Assembly: GCF_048593235.1 (NCBI RefSeq)
Contig: NC_133623.1
Location: 10,532,211 to 10,596,210 of the forward strand
DNA length: 64,000 nt
From: Sminthopsis crassicaudata
Lineage: Eukaryota
Direction of reading: 5' to 3'
Shown here: piece by piece, positions 52,461 to 64,000 of the stretch
Position numbering within the stretch: position 1 is the first letter of the stretch
How the letters are laid out: each line of letters starts with the position of its first letter
Program-made: the position numbers and the translations under genes
Notes under the pieces: generated by a model
Seen by the model: only the letters and a program-made list of their open reading frames with translations
Databases searched by the model: none
What the model was told of the DNA's origin: nothing

Positions 52461-52999
52461 ATTGGGACATCTTTCTTGATTTAATTTTGCTCCTAGCTGA
52501 AGAGACCATTTCCTGTATATTTTCTGGTATATTCTAACCCACATAACTTCTCTAATTTCTACTTCCAATTTGCTTACATAAATGAGTTGACTCTCTATTC
52601 GCTATTTGTAATGGTCTTTTGTATAACTAGTATTTGATGGAAAGAAGTCACACAGGGTAGTCTAAACTAAGGAATCAGGGAAGTGGTTTTTGGTTTTGAA
52701 TCAAAATCATATCCCAATGCCGGCAATATTTAAGAGGGCAGATATGTAGCATTGTAGTCCAATACCCCTCTAGAAACTGGAAGAAAGAACACCCAAACTT
52801 GTGGCCCTTCTAGTGCTGCTCCTAAAGCAAGAATTTGTCTTGGAGAGGAGTGGACAAGATTCTAGAGATCTCCATCTAGACAACCCTTGCACACATGAAT
52901 ACCTTATTATACCTACCTTCCATGGTTGTTTATAGTTTGCTCTTTCTTAGGGAAATGTTGGTTCCTAATTTTTGATCATTTATCTATTGGAAGATGGGT

Positions 53000-53844
53000 T
53001 TTAGAGTAATATGTTTCTATGCATCTTGGGCGTCAGTACTGCAAGAGATAATTGATGTGAAGATTCCCCCCATAGTCAGTATCTGCTCCATTTCTTCTAG
53101 ACATATTGCTTTTTTTTTTCTCAAAGGCTTTTTAATTTTTTTGTAATCAAAATGGTCTATTTTATCTTTTATGGTAATCTCCTTCCCATGTTTGATTGTG
53201 AATTTCCTTCCCCCTTTCATTCTCTGAAATCTTTTAAATGCTCTAACTTTTAATATCTAATATTGTATATCTATTTGTAGCTTGTTGTGCCACCACAACA
53301 AGCTACAAATAGATATACAATACGTATTTAGAAATCAAACTGCTTCACAAATTTTCTAGATAATTTTTAACAGCCAGAGAGTTCTTTCCACAGCAGATTT
53401 TGTTCTTGGGTTTATCCAACTCTGGACACATCGATTATTCCTGAGTCTTAGCAATTGCGCCCTTGATCTGCTTTTCTATTTTGTAATAAGTATCAAATAG
53501 TTTTAATGATTGTTGCTTTTTTCAGCCTCCAAAAAACATAATTATTTAATGCTTCTTTTTTAACAAAATAAGAAAAAACACAATAGGAAAAGAAAGACAG
53601 GAAGGGAAATTAAAAAAGAAACATTGTCATGTGCCTAGCAGAACATCAGGGAAGATTCAAAATATTATAACAGTAAATTTCCATTTCCAGAAAGCATATA
53701 TAATAATAGAAGACATTAATTCATGAATGTCCATCTTTCCTTTGCTTCCTTGTAGGTTATTCTTTTATTCTCTGCTGCATACTTTTAACTTTTTTTCCCC
53801 TTTCATTCCCCACCCTTCCCCAAGAAAGCTACAGGTAAATATAG

Positions 53845-53891
<47 letters not shown>

Positions 53892-55002
53892 TATACATTT
53901 ACTCACATGGAGACATGCATCTAAAACAATATTAATATGGTTGGCATAAATGTAGATTTCTCTCTTGATTGAATCCTGTTTGACTTTGTCTAAGAGCAAT
54001 GATTACTAGCCCTACTTTTTTTTTCTAATAAATTCTACTCCTGATCCTTATAGTAGTGTCTTAATTTCTATCCCTGAGAATTCTTCTACTTTAATTCTAC
54101 TCCTTAGCTTGCCTATTAATCTCCCACACCACCCATGAATTCCTCCATTATCTTCTTCCCCAGTCCTTTCTTTCCCTCTTCATCCCTTTCCCATTAATCT
54201 ACATACTTTATCCCACTACCATGACTCTACATACCCTTCTGTACCCCACCTTATCCTTTATTCCTTGCCGTTAATCTATACACCTTGTCCCACTGCCATA
54301 AATCTACACATCTTCTATACCACACCTTATCCTATTCCCTCTCCCCTTATTTCTCTAGAGATTTTGGAGGATGCTGTACCCTTCATGGTATATATGTAAT
54401 GTTGTCTAACACATTTCTGATGTGAGTAGGTTTTCAGAACTATGAGTCCTCCTCCCCCATCTAAGGCCTGTGTTTATTCTTCCTCTGCACCTCATTTGTA
54501 TAACATAATTACTATTCTTAATTTTTCCTAGGCAGTTTTGCTTTTTGGAGTCTGATTACACTCAACTCTGCCCCTGATCTTTCTTTTGAGCTACCCAATT
54601 ACTAATATTAATCTTAAACATTTGGTATACATTTCCATGTAAAAATATAAACAACTTGTCCATGTTAAGTTCCTTGAAATTAATATTTGATATTGGCTCT
54701 TATATGTCAAATTTCCTATTAAGTTTGGGTTTGCTTGAGACAAAGTCCTGAAAATCTGTAAGTTTGTGGAATGTCCATTTTTTGTCATCCAATATTGTGG
54801 ATAATTTTGCTGGATATGATATTTTTGGCCACAGACCTACTTCTCTTGATTACTGGTATATATGATTCCAATACTTGTGGTTTTTTATTATGGCCACTGA
54901 TAAATCTTGCACAATTCTAATTGTAGCTCCAGTAAATTTGAATTGTTTTTTTCTTGTTTATTTTCTCTTTGATCAGGAGATTTGAAATTTGGCAATAACA
55001 TT

Positions 55003-55042
<40 letters not shown>

Positions 55043-56180
55043 ACAAAGGATTTCTTGGTGGATTTTTTCTATTTCTACTTTCCCCTCATGTTCTATCACT
55101 CTAGGACATTTTTCTTAGATTATTTCTTGCATTATTTTGTCAAGGTTTGTTTTTGGTTATAGCTTTAGATAGTCCAATTATTCTTACGTTTTCTCTTCTT
55201 GATTTGTTCTCCGGATCTGTTGTTTTTCTTATAAGCTGTTTCACATTCTGCTCTATTTTTTCATTCTTTATATTTTGTTTTGTTATGTCTTGGTTTCTTA
55301 TAGCTTCACTGGCTTCTCCTTGCCTAATTGTAATTTTCAAAGAATTATTTCCTTCTTTAAGACTTTTTACCTCTCCTCTCCTTTTCTAGTTGGTTAACTA
55401 TTTTTATAATCTTGTGTTTCTTGGATGGTTTTTATTTTTATATTTTAGTTTTATATTTTTATTTATTTATTAAAATATTTTATATTTCTCTCCTTTGATT
55501 TTTAAAATATATTTTTTAGCTCTTTTATAAATTCTCTCTGGGCAGGTAACCATTTAACATTATTTTTGGGGGTAAAGGAGGGTTTTTTTTTGTTTTGTTT
55601 TTTACTTCATTGTCCTCCTCTGAAGGTGACCCCGGGTTTTCCCTATTCCCATAATAAGTTTCTATGGTTGGGTTCTTTCTTTGCCTGTTCATTACTTTTT
55701 TTTTTAAATAAGAACTATTAGTGAAAGCCCCTCTAATCCTGGGTGGGGGGAGTTGATGCCTCTGACTTCACTTCAACTTTCCCTTCTGACCTGGAACCTC
55801 AAACCAAGATCTCCCCCTGCTGTAGGTGCCCATAGCCAGTGGTGTCCCAGCTCCCCCCCCCTGCTTCTACACTCACCAGGTGTGCTGGTTCCTTCTCATC
55901 CATGACCCCTTCTCTGCAGCTCAGCTGAGCCCCGCGTTCCTGATCAGCAGAGGCTCCCTCAGTCTGCAGAGACTCACATCCGGATCCCACAGGCTGTCTC
56001 AGAGGTGAAAAAGTCCTCTGGTTTAGACTCCAGCCAAATCCAGCTCGCACCGTGTTCCCACTGACAGTTTCTGTGGAGCTAGCCTGAAGGTGTTTGCACT
56101 TTATGCTAATTAATCTCCAGCTTTCTTGGATTTTTTTAGGGTTGTCCAAGGAGGACTGGACTTCTGCCCCAAGTCTTCTT
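53000..56180 (-). mobile_element. Fragmented antisense L1 (ORF2 pieces, ORF1 and 5' region)
   Basis: Minus-strand KIDHFDYKKIK is ORF2-like; RKTTDPENKSRRENVRIIGL matches the ORF1 motif LENRSRRDNLRIIGLPE. Bounds approximate. Confidence 0.75.
53261..53322. repeat. Perfect hairpin with a 29-bp stem and 4-nt loop
   Basis: tattgtatatctatttgtagcttgttgtg-ccac-cacaacaagctacaaatagatatacaata. Confidence 0.95.
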
Positions 56181-56749
56181 GGTTTTTCACCTGTCTGTCT
56201 CTAACATTTGTTCTAAAAATGAATGGTTTTTGTCAAGTTCTATGAAGCAGATGCTTGATAGTTTGCTCCACACTAAATCTCTAGAGGCATTGGGGAGCCC
56301 ACCAGAAAAAGAATCCTTTATAGAAAGACAGATGAATATCATCACAAGAGGGCCATGGAGAAGCCCAGACTTGACCACACAACCAAGAAGGAACTCTCAG
56401 CATCCTCAGCAGCCAGGGAAGATGGACATCTCTTAATAGAAACAACTTCTTAATTTATCTACTTCACACCTGAGAGTCTGCTTCTGAGAGGATGAGCAGA
56501 AACAGCAGCACCAGCCTGCCTTTGATCAGCTTATGCTCCCACTTTCTCCTCCCTTCTTGAGCAGGGTGAAAGTCTCCTGATTCCTTCCAACCTCCTCCCT
56601 TCTTCCTGCCTGAGAAGCTTCCCAAAGATACAGTGCCCACTCTACCCCCCCAAATATTAATGTACTAAGGAATACAGTTCTAATTAAAGAACTATTAAAA
56701 ACAACTCTTCCTCTTCCCCTCCTGATTCTTTGGACCCCATGAGATCCTT

Positions 56750-57180
56750 TACCTCTCACATTGTTCTCTCTACAGACCATGTGAAAGTTGCTGATGCCAA
56801 ATTAACAGCGATAGCCTTGATTATCCCTTGTTGTCTGAAAGCATTTATTTCTTTGAGCTTTTTCTTGCTGTCTCTACTTTCTGAACTTTCTTCTTTTTCT
56901 TTTAGTTGTTGATGTTGGATTTTCAAAGTATGGCTCAACTCGTTTTTGAAAGTCCTTTGAATTTTCTTACTTTTGCCTAGAAAACATTTTTAATGGATGA
57001 TTAGTGTCATTTCTTTTTTAGGAAATGCTTTAGGGTATCAAATTTGTTTTCCTTCCATTTATTATAGTAGAAGAAAGGTCTTTTGTGATTCTAATTGGTT
57101 TTACTTGGTATATGAAGGCTTTCCCTTTGGATGATGGTAATAACTCCCATCTACAGTTTGGGGTCTCTGTTTGGGTTCCC
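56750..57180 (-). mobile_element. Older L1 ORF1 C-terminal remnant
   Basis: Minus-strand AFIYQVKPIRITKDLSST resembles L1 ORF1 (Y.G..IRIT.DL). Confidence 0.6.
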
Positions 57181-58175
57181 AGCATACTTTGGTAAGGTCA
57201 ACTTTCGAATTCTGCCCGGCTAGCTTGTGTACAGGGGAAAGGGTCCTGGGATTAGAGTCAGAAGACCTAGATTCACATATTGTCCCTGCAACTTACTACC
57301 CGTGTGGCCTTGAGAAAGTCCATCAATGCCTTTAAATGGGGATGGGGAAAAAAACAGAGCCATAACTAGCCAAGGCTATCGAGGCTTTGACCCAAGCCTT
57401 TGGCAATGAGGAGGATTAGGGCAGGGGCTTCTCTGTCATTTACTAGCTCAGTGATCTTACCTTCTAACCCCTTACCTTCACCTCTCCCCCAACTCTTGTT
57501 CTCCATGGTGAGAAGATTCCTAGTTATGGCTAGAGGAAGACTCTTTGGTGCTATTGGCAAGGGAATGATTGTCCCCCACTGTTTTGGAAAACAGACTTCT
57601 TTTTTCAGGATATCATGCAGTATTTGGAGTTTCAGTTGTTAGGGACAAAGAAATACAGTCTGTGACACTTGACAGAAGTAAAATCCAGAAGGGGGGAAAG
57701 CAGGGCAGGGGTAGATGAGGGTGGGCGTTCCCGCCTCTTATTTTCTCCTCGAATTCTGAAAATTATTTGGAACGGAGAGAAGGCAGCCCAATGGAGCAGC
57801 TTTTTCTTCTCTGAATCCTGGACCACGTGCGTGCATTCCGTGGGCTCAAGCATATGTATTAATATGTGTTTGTGTGCCTGAATGCTGTCACATGTAAGGC
57901 AGAAAGACAGGGAAGTGAGTCACAAGTTGTCAGGGCTAAAAAATCCAGTTTTGTTTTCCCATGGCCTCGGTGTGGGACGCCACCCCCACCCCCACCCTCA
58001 AACCTAACCCCCTCTGTGCACCCTCATAATTCATCCGCCTACTGCTCCCAGTCCATCAGGTTCTGTCTTGACTGGGGCCTGCTCAGAGAGCTCAGTGTGT
58101 GCTGGATGAAGCTGAGGCTTCCACACACTCCCCCTGCAAGACTGTGACCGCCGTGTCCTGACCCCAAGGACTGTA

Positions 58176-58226
58176 AGCAAATGTTTCTGGTTTACACTAC
58201 TGCAGCAAATGTTTCTGGTTTACACT
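58176..58226. repeat. Short direct duplication, 23 bp twice, period 28
   Basis: agcaaatgtttctggtttacact at 58176-58198 and 58204-58226. Confidence 0.85.
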
Positions 58227-59044
58227 GATGCATCTTTGCTCTTTGGCTGAGCAAAGCACAAAGGAAGCTCTTTCAGTACAGAGAAGGGAGGGTTGTGATA
58301 TGTGGGAGAAGAGAGAACAAAGGGCTCTCTCTATGAAGAGTTTCTAAGAGCTTGGAAACTCCAGCCCTAGGTCAGTCTCAGAGGACACCGCCAAGTGCAG
58401 GGGGATGAAGAACATGACTTCCTTGAGAACTGAGGAGAAAAGCCTCTTCCAGGACTAGCACCCCAAATCAAGGCTCTCACAGACAGGGCCAAGTACCTAA
58501 AATCAGTTCTTCTCACAACTGTCTTGAAGTGGCCCGAACAACTTGGCCCATAAGATTTTCAGCTGCAGGTTCGATGCAAACCACTTCAAAAGGAGGCTCC
58601 TCAACTGGAGTCTGTCCTGCCTCACCCCAATTTCCCTTGTTTCATTGGTTGATCCATTCCTCGCCTATCACCTTCTTGCCCAATTGGGCCATTGAGGCCT
58701 TAGGCAAAGGTGCTTGAAAAGTAAGGTGATAGTGAGGGCAGGAGCTTTGGACAGAGTCTACCAAAAATGGGAAAAGGCCATCCTCAGTTGGGGGCGAGAT
58801 CAGAGGAGGAAGACCGGTGTCAGAGAGTCTTTGCCTTAACTAGATCTGTGAGGCAAGCTCAGTCAACAGTTCCGTGTAAGCTAAGGACACTCGGTCCGGT
58901 TTGTTGCCGCCCAGCCAGAATTCTCATTGTGAAACCATGCGCTCCATCCCCCTGCTCGCCACAGCCATCCCAAGTGACAATAGGGTCGTTCATCGGCTAC
59001 AGTATGGATGAGGACATCGAACAAAACTATTCATTCAGCTTCAT

Positions 59045-61011
59045 TTGATTGAGAATAATTTTAATTTATTTTCTTTAATTTTATAAAATTCACCTTGTAA
59101 GAAGGCTCTAAACATTTTATCCTTTATATATGTTAAAGTTGAAATTTTAAATCAGCAATGAAGAAGATACTTTCAGTTGATTAAATACTGTGTGGGGGTA
59201 TATAAATGTGTGTGGGGGTGTATACAGATGAGGGAAGTTGAGGAAAAGTTGGTTATTAAGTTAAATCAAAAGAAAACTCAAGGCCTAGACTACTTTTACT
59301 TTCCTTATCTTGATTGGTTTCTTACTAAATCTTTTCCCTCCCCTCCCCCACACAGCTTATCTAATCTGGTTTGAAGAAATATTTTGTCCTTTTGAAGAGA
59401 TCTCATATACCCATAAATGCTGCCGAAGCTACTTTGGAACAAAAAAAAAAAAAAAAAAAAAAGGAAGGAAGAAATCTCACACTGAGAGCTACAGTCCTGC
59501 ATCAAAAACCCCAAATCCAAGTAGACCAAGAAAGGGAGAAGGGCCCAATATGCCCAAGCTGGCCGCCCAGCTTCTAGCTGCCTTCTTCTCTGGCCCTTTT
59601 GCCTTTAGAAAGGTACTTCATGTGACTTTCATGAGGGAGTGTCCACCCTTCTGTTAAGCCATCTTTTTCTCTTCCCCACTTCCTTCTTCCTCCCTCTCTC
59701 AAACACCTTAAGACAGTACTAAATCACATCTTCCCTCCCTGGCTAGAAAGAATGAGCAAGTCCGTTCTGCAAATGGAGGTTGCCTTTACACACTGCGGAA
59801 GGGCAGCTTAGCCATGCTCCTACCCAAAAGCCCTGCCTGTAGCCTTCCCTTTTGCACAGAGATGGCCATATTTTAATAGTACTCGGGATGGTTTCCGTCC
59901 CTTTTCCCACCAAAGAAAACCCCCCTTAATTGTCAATTATTCTGCAGCTCTTTCAGATATAAGGTCAGAATTGTAAAGAATGAGGAAAAAAAATGGGAAA
60001 TGTGACATTTCCTCTGGTCGGAAACAAATCAAGATCCTCAAGCCATTGATGGGTTACTAGACACACACCATCCTAGGGAAAGAGCACCATTGTGAAGGTA
60101 TGACCGAGTAGAGGGTGTTGCACACGACTGGTTAATGGGCGAAGGGGTGGGGAGGCATGCAGAGGCACGGAATCCAAAGAGTCAGCCTGGGTCTATAAAA
60201 GGGACATCTTAGGTTATACCATCAGTCCGTTGCTCTCTCTCACGCAAACTGGCGTTCCTCTCTTACTCCTTGGAAACTACAGGGTTGTCTTGGGAGCTAT
60301 TCTATTATCACGGTTATTTAGTGATAAGAGGCTAAGAGCTTAAAGTCGCTGGTTCCCTAGCAGTGTGCAGGGCTGAGGGGCCCCTCGTCTACACGGATGC
60401 CGTAGGTGGGGTGGGATGAGTTAAGGCTTCAATATTCTATCATACTAGGGTCAATGCTCTCCTTTCATAGCTGAAAGGTCCTTGCTCTGACCCTCTTCTC
60501 CCAGCTACGCTATGCAGATTTGAGCAGATTTTCATGTTTACAGGGGGCAATCCTCCCTTCTCAAATGGTAGTAAGAAGAGGAGAGAGTGCTCCATTATCT
60601 TGAATGAGGAGATAACTAGCCCCTATATAGGGTGATGAGAAAGTGCTCTCTCTCTCTCTCTCTCCATCAATGGAAGGGCCTTGGTGATTCGAAGGCACCA
60701 TCTGGTCCTTGGGAGATGCTTCAAAGTTGAACACTTCTTTGTGACAGGAAGTCCCTTTCTTTGCCATTTCCCATTTCTAGCAGGAAGAGTTGGAAAGCCC
60801 AATGCTTAAAAGAGGTACAGACTGGAGAGGACAGAAAATGGCCTCCAGCATCGAGTCTCTCCTTTCTTGTTATACTTGTTGATTATGAGGAGGGCAGTCA
60901 GCGCTTGAAGGCAGAGAGTTAAGATGGGAGATGCCGCATTGCCTGGCTGTGTGGTTAGAGCCCGGCTGTTAGAGAAAGAAAGGGGACTATGGGGAAGTGC
61001 AGGCCTGGACA
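59045..61011 (-). other. PLP1: PLP1 3'UTR with distal poly(A) signal AATAAA (tttatt at 59065-59070 on +)
   Basis: About 2 kb of largely repeat-free sequence after the stop codon, ending in an AT-rich block that contains AATAAA on the minus strand. Confidence 0.65.
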
Positions 61012-61083
61012 TTAGAACTTGGTGCCTCGGCCCATGAGTTTCAGGACAGCAAAGTTGTACGTTGGCAGCGATCATGAAAGTGA

Positions 61084-61084
<1 letters not shown>
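61012..61084 (-). CDS. PLP1: Myelin proteolipid protein, exon 7 coding part (73 nt as assembled, one extra base)
   Basis: CTC ACT TTC ATG ATC GCT GCC [A] ACG TAC AAC TTT GCT GTC CTG AAA CTC ATG GGC CGA GGC ACC AAG TTC TAA. Removing one A gives the canonical [23 protein letters not shown]. Confidence 0.93.

Positions 61085-61086
<2 letters not shown>

Positions 61087-61134
<48 letters not shown>
61087..61134. repeat. (GA)n microsatellite forming the (TC)n polypyrimidine tract of the PLP1 exon 7 acceptor
   Basis: About 24 units directly adjacent to the AG acceptor at 61086-61085. Confidence 0.95.
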
Positions 61135-61140
<6 letters not shown>

Positions 61141-61708
61141 CTATGAATCATTGGGAAAACTCTCTCCTTTACCCAAAACAATGTGGCTTAGTCCTTCTTC
61201 TGCAGACTTGGCTGGGATTCTTTTCTGAGTTGCTGCCTTTAAATGGCCCAGTCCCATGTGTTCAAAGCATAGAGAAAAGAGCACTACACTCAGACCTGCC
61301 TCTTCTAAGAGGCTCAGCCCTCTGCTGTGTTACCATGAGCAAGTTGGGAGTGCTCCAAGGGCCTCATGAAATGGCTCGACCTCTTTCCTAGCCCTGTGGC
61401 ACAAGCCTAATCCTAATACTGTAGCTAGGGCTTGGTAGCCCCCGCCGGCCAGGGCCCACACATTCCCTGGCTGATATAGACCCCCTTCCTCTAAACTGTG
61501 AACCTGTGAGCTCCCCCAGACCTCCCCACCTTCCTCCACATTCTCTTTCTCATTCCCATCTGCTTTTCCTGACTTGATAGCACACAGCTCTCATTGTGTT
61601 CTAGCAGCGTCTTACTAGGGCCCTCAGCACTCTCTTCCTGCCTTCCGGCAGGTCCTTACCCAAGCTACTCTAAGACATTTGCCAAGATAACACAAAGGCT
61701 TAACTCAC

Positions 61709-61774
61709 CAGGGAAACCAGGGTGGCTGCAGCCCCGATGAAGGCCGCAATAAACAGGTGGAAGGTCATTTGGAA
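61709..61774 (-). CDS. PLP1: Myelin proteolipid protein, exon 6 (66 nt)
   Basis: Encodes FQMTFHLFIAAFIGAAATLVSL, with canonical ttgcag| acceptor and |gtgagt donor. Confidence 0.97.
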
Positions 61775-62329
61775 CTGCAAGAAAACAGCCAGCATTGAAC
61801 GCCAGGAAAGCAGCATAAGGATGGTCTGGTGTTGGCTCTCATGTGCATTCTGTATCCCCAACTACATGGGGACCTTTTTGAGGACGTGCACTGAGCCTTC
61901 TTTGCTTTCCCCTGCAGAGTATCCTAGGGTGCCCAACATTGTCCCCAAATCCTTTTGTGCTCCCAACCTAGCAGCTCTTAGGCCACTCTACAGTGCGTAT
62001 GAGCCCGCTGCCGTCCTCCCTGGGGATTACCCCTTTTTCTCCTTCCTCTGAGTATAGCAGAGATTAAGAAGAAATTCTGAATTTTTTCTTAAAATAAAAC
62101 AAAATTCCTTAAAGAAAACTCGGGTTTGGTTTTGCAAAACCTGTGAACAAAGCTGCAGAGCACAACAGCAGCGAGTTCCTTCTCTCCCCAAAGTGCTTCC
62201 CGTCTTTTCCCTTGTGCCATTTTGGCCACCGGGCCCCAGCCTCCCTCAAGGACAGTGATTGCACCGGTGCAAGGGGATTGGTAGGGAGAGGGAAGGGAAA
62301 TCAACTTAGCCCAAGCCTGGAGCAACTCA

Positions 62330-62533
<204 letters not shown>

Positions 62534-63052
62534 CTACGGGACCCAGAGCAAGTCTCCTACAGACACTGGTGGCTGCCCTGCCCTGCCCCAGCCATGGATA
62601 CATGCTCCCGTGGAAGTCTCTAGGGCTTAGGGACCTCCTTTGCTGTGGAGATAGTCTTCAGCAGTAAGAGTGGGCTAGAAAAGTCCCATTATGTCCAAGA
62701 AAGCCCTACCCTAGAGGGAAAATTACTTAGGCTTCAATTTACTTGGTAAGGATGACAAAAAGAGGACAAAGTTGCTGGAGTAAATGTGCCTTCTGGGGCT
62801 GTTTTAATCAGCCTTAAACTCAGGTGACCCCTATCTCTCCTCATCATGTGCTTGCCACATAAGCTTCCTAAGGGGTGGGGAACTATCTCACTTTAGTATC
62901 TTAGACATACGGTTCAATTGTGCTTTCTCTGGTTTTGTGGTAAACTGTTTTAGAGTCAGATGGCCCAGAATTCTCCTCTCTCTCGGGGACTAGCCCACCC
63001 AGCCACCCTGGGGTTTCATCTAGACCGCCAGGCTGCGGTCTACCAGGTTCTA

Positions 63053-63226
<174 letters not shown>

Positions 63227-64000
63227 CTAGAAAAACAACCCAAATGACGGAGAAAGGGAGGTTACTGAGCAGAGGCACTCACGAGCAGGCTCGCAAGCCA
63301 GGAGATCCCTGAGTGGTGGGTGTCAGACACCAGAGACCTCCACCAATTGAAATGAAACAAGGTGATGGTTATCTCCCTGGGGACCCTGGGTTAGAGAGGT
63401 TTGCAGGTTAGTTCCTGGGTAGAGAAGGTGCAAAAACCCCAAAGCGGGACCCGAAAGAAAGCCGTGCCCCATCTCTCTCCCACCTGGAAATCATTCCCAG
63501 TCAGGAACCCTCCTGGTCCCCAAACAGAACCCAAAGCCAATTGCAGATTGAAGCTGGAGTTTACAGACAACTTTTCTGAGCCAAGAGCTGGCGGCTGGGG
63601 CATAACAGCTCCTTAGAGCATTGATGGAGAATGTGAGGACCCCCCCCCGGCCATGGAGAACATGGGTTCCAAACCTGGCCTTAGCAGGAGAACATTACAG
63701 ACTCTCAGTACTGAGCAATCTGATCTAGTCCAACCCCTCTGAGTGCCTGAGAAACAGGCCGGGAGGCCAGAACTGTCCAGCTTCTGACATTCCCGCTAAT
63801 CATTTCATCACCACGATTCTTTCTTCAGTTAAATTTGTGGGCACGTCAGCACAATAACAGGTGTAAAACTGAGCCATTCTTGGGCCCATGCTTCATTGAG
63901 CCTCTCCAAGAAAATGGCTTCTTAGCCTAGGAGGAAAAAGAGCATGCCAGCAGAAGACTCAGAAACATCTTGCTTGAGCAATAGCTTCCCAAGACCACCT

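Noticed and set aside
60190-60205. TATA box (ctataaaaggg) antisense within the PLP1 3'UTR
   Set aside because: A single short motif with no supporting promoter structure; expected by chance.
60806-61075. 89-aa minus-strand ORF as a separate gene
   Set aside because: It is the frameshifted read-through of PLP1 exon 7 into the 3'UTR.

Overview
Mammalian genomic DNA from a gapped draft assembly (five N-runs). The repeat content (young L1 3' ends, WSINE1/Mar1-type SINEs) points to a dasyurid marsupial such as the Tasmanian devil; this is an inference from repeat style. The window is the RAB9B-PLP1 locus, X-linked in therians. RAB9B lies on the + strand: CpG-island promoter and non-coding exon 1 at about 24.1-24.8 kb, a candidate second exon at 25448-25524, an intact 201-aa CDS at 37852-38457 and a 3'UTR of about 2.8 kb. 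PLP1 lies convergently on the - strand, with exons 4-7 and the 3'UTR in the window and exons 1-3 beyond the right edge. The rest is mostly LINE, SINE and DNA-transposon debris, plus a decayed TCP1 processed pseudogene (about 14.5-15.6 kb). I found no evidence for a new multi-gene system. The best leads are local: an apparent +1 frameshift in PLP1 exon 7 (probably an assembly error), a GC splice donor after PLP1 exon 4, a possible in-frame upstream ATG extending RAB9B by 18 aa, a perfect 29-bp-stem hairpin inside an old L1, a 164-bp inverted duplication just past the RAB9B 3' end, and an unexplained CpG-retaining segment in the RAB9B intron.
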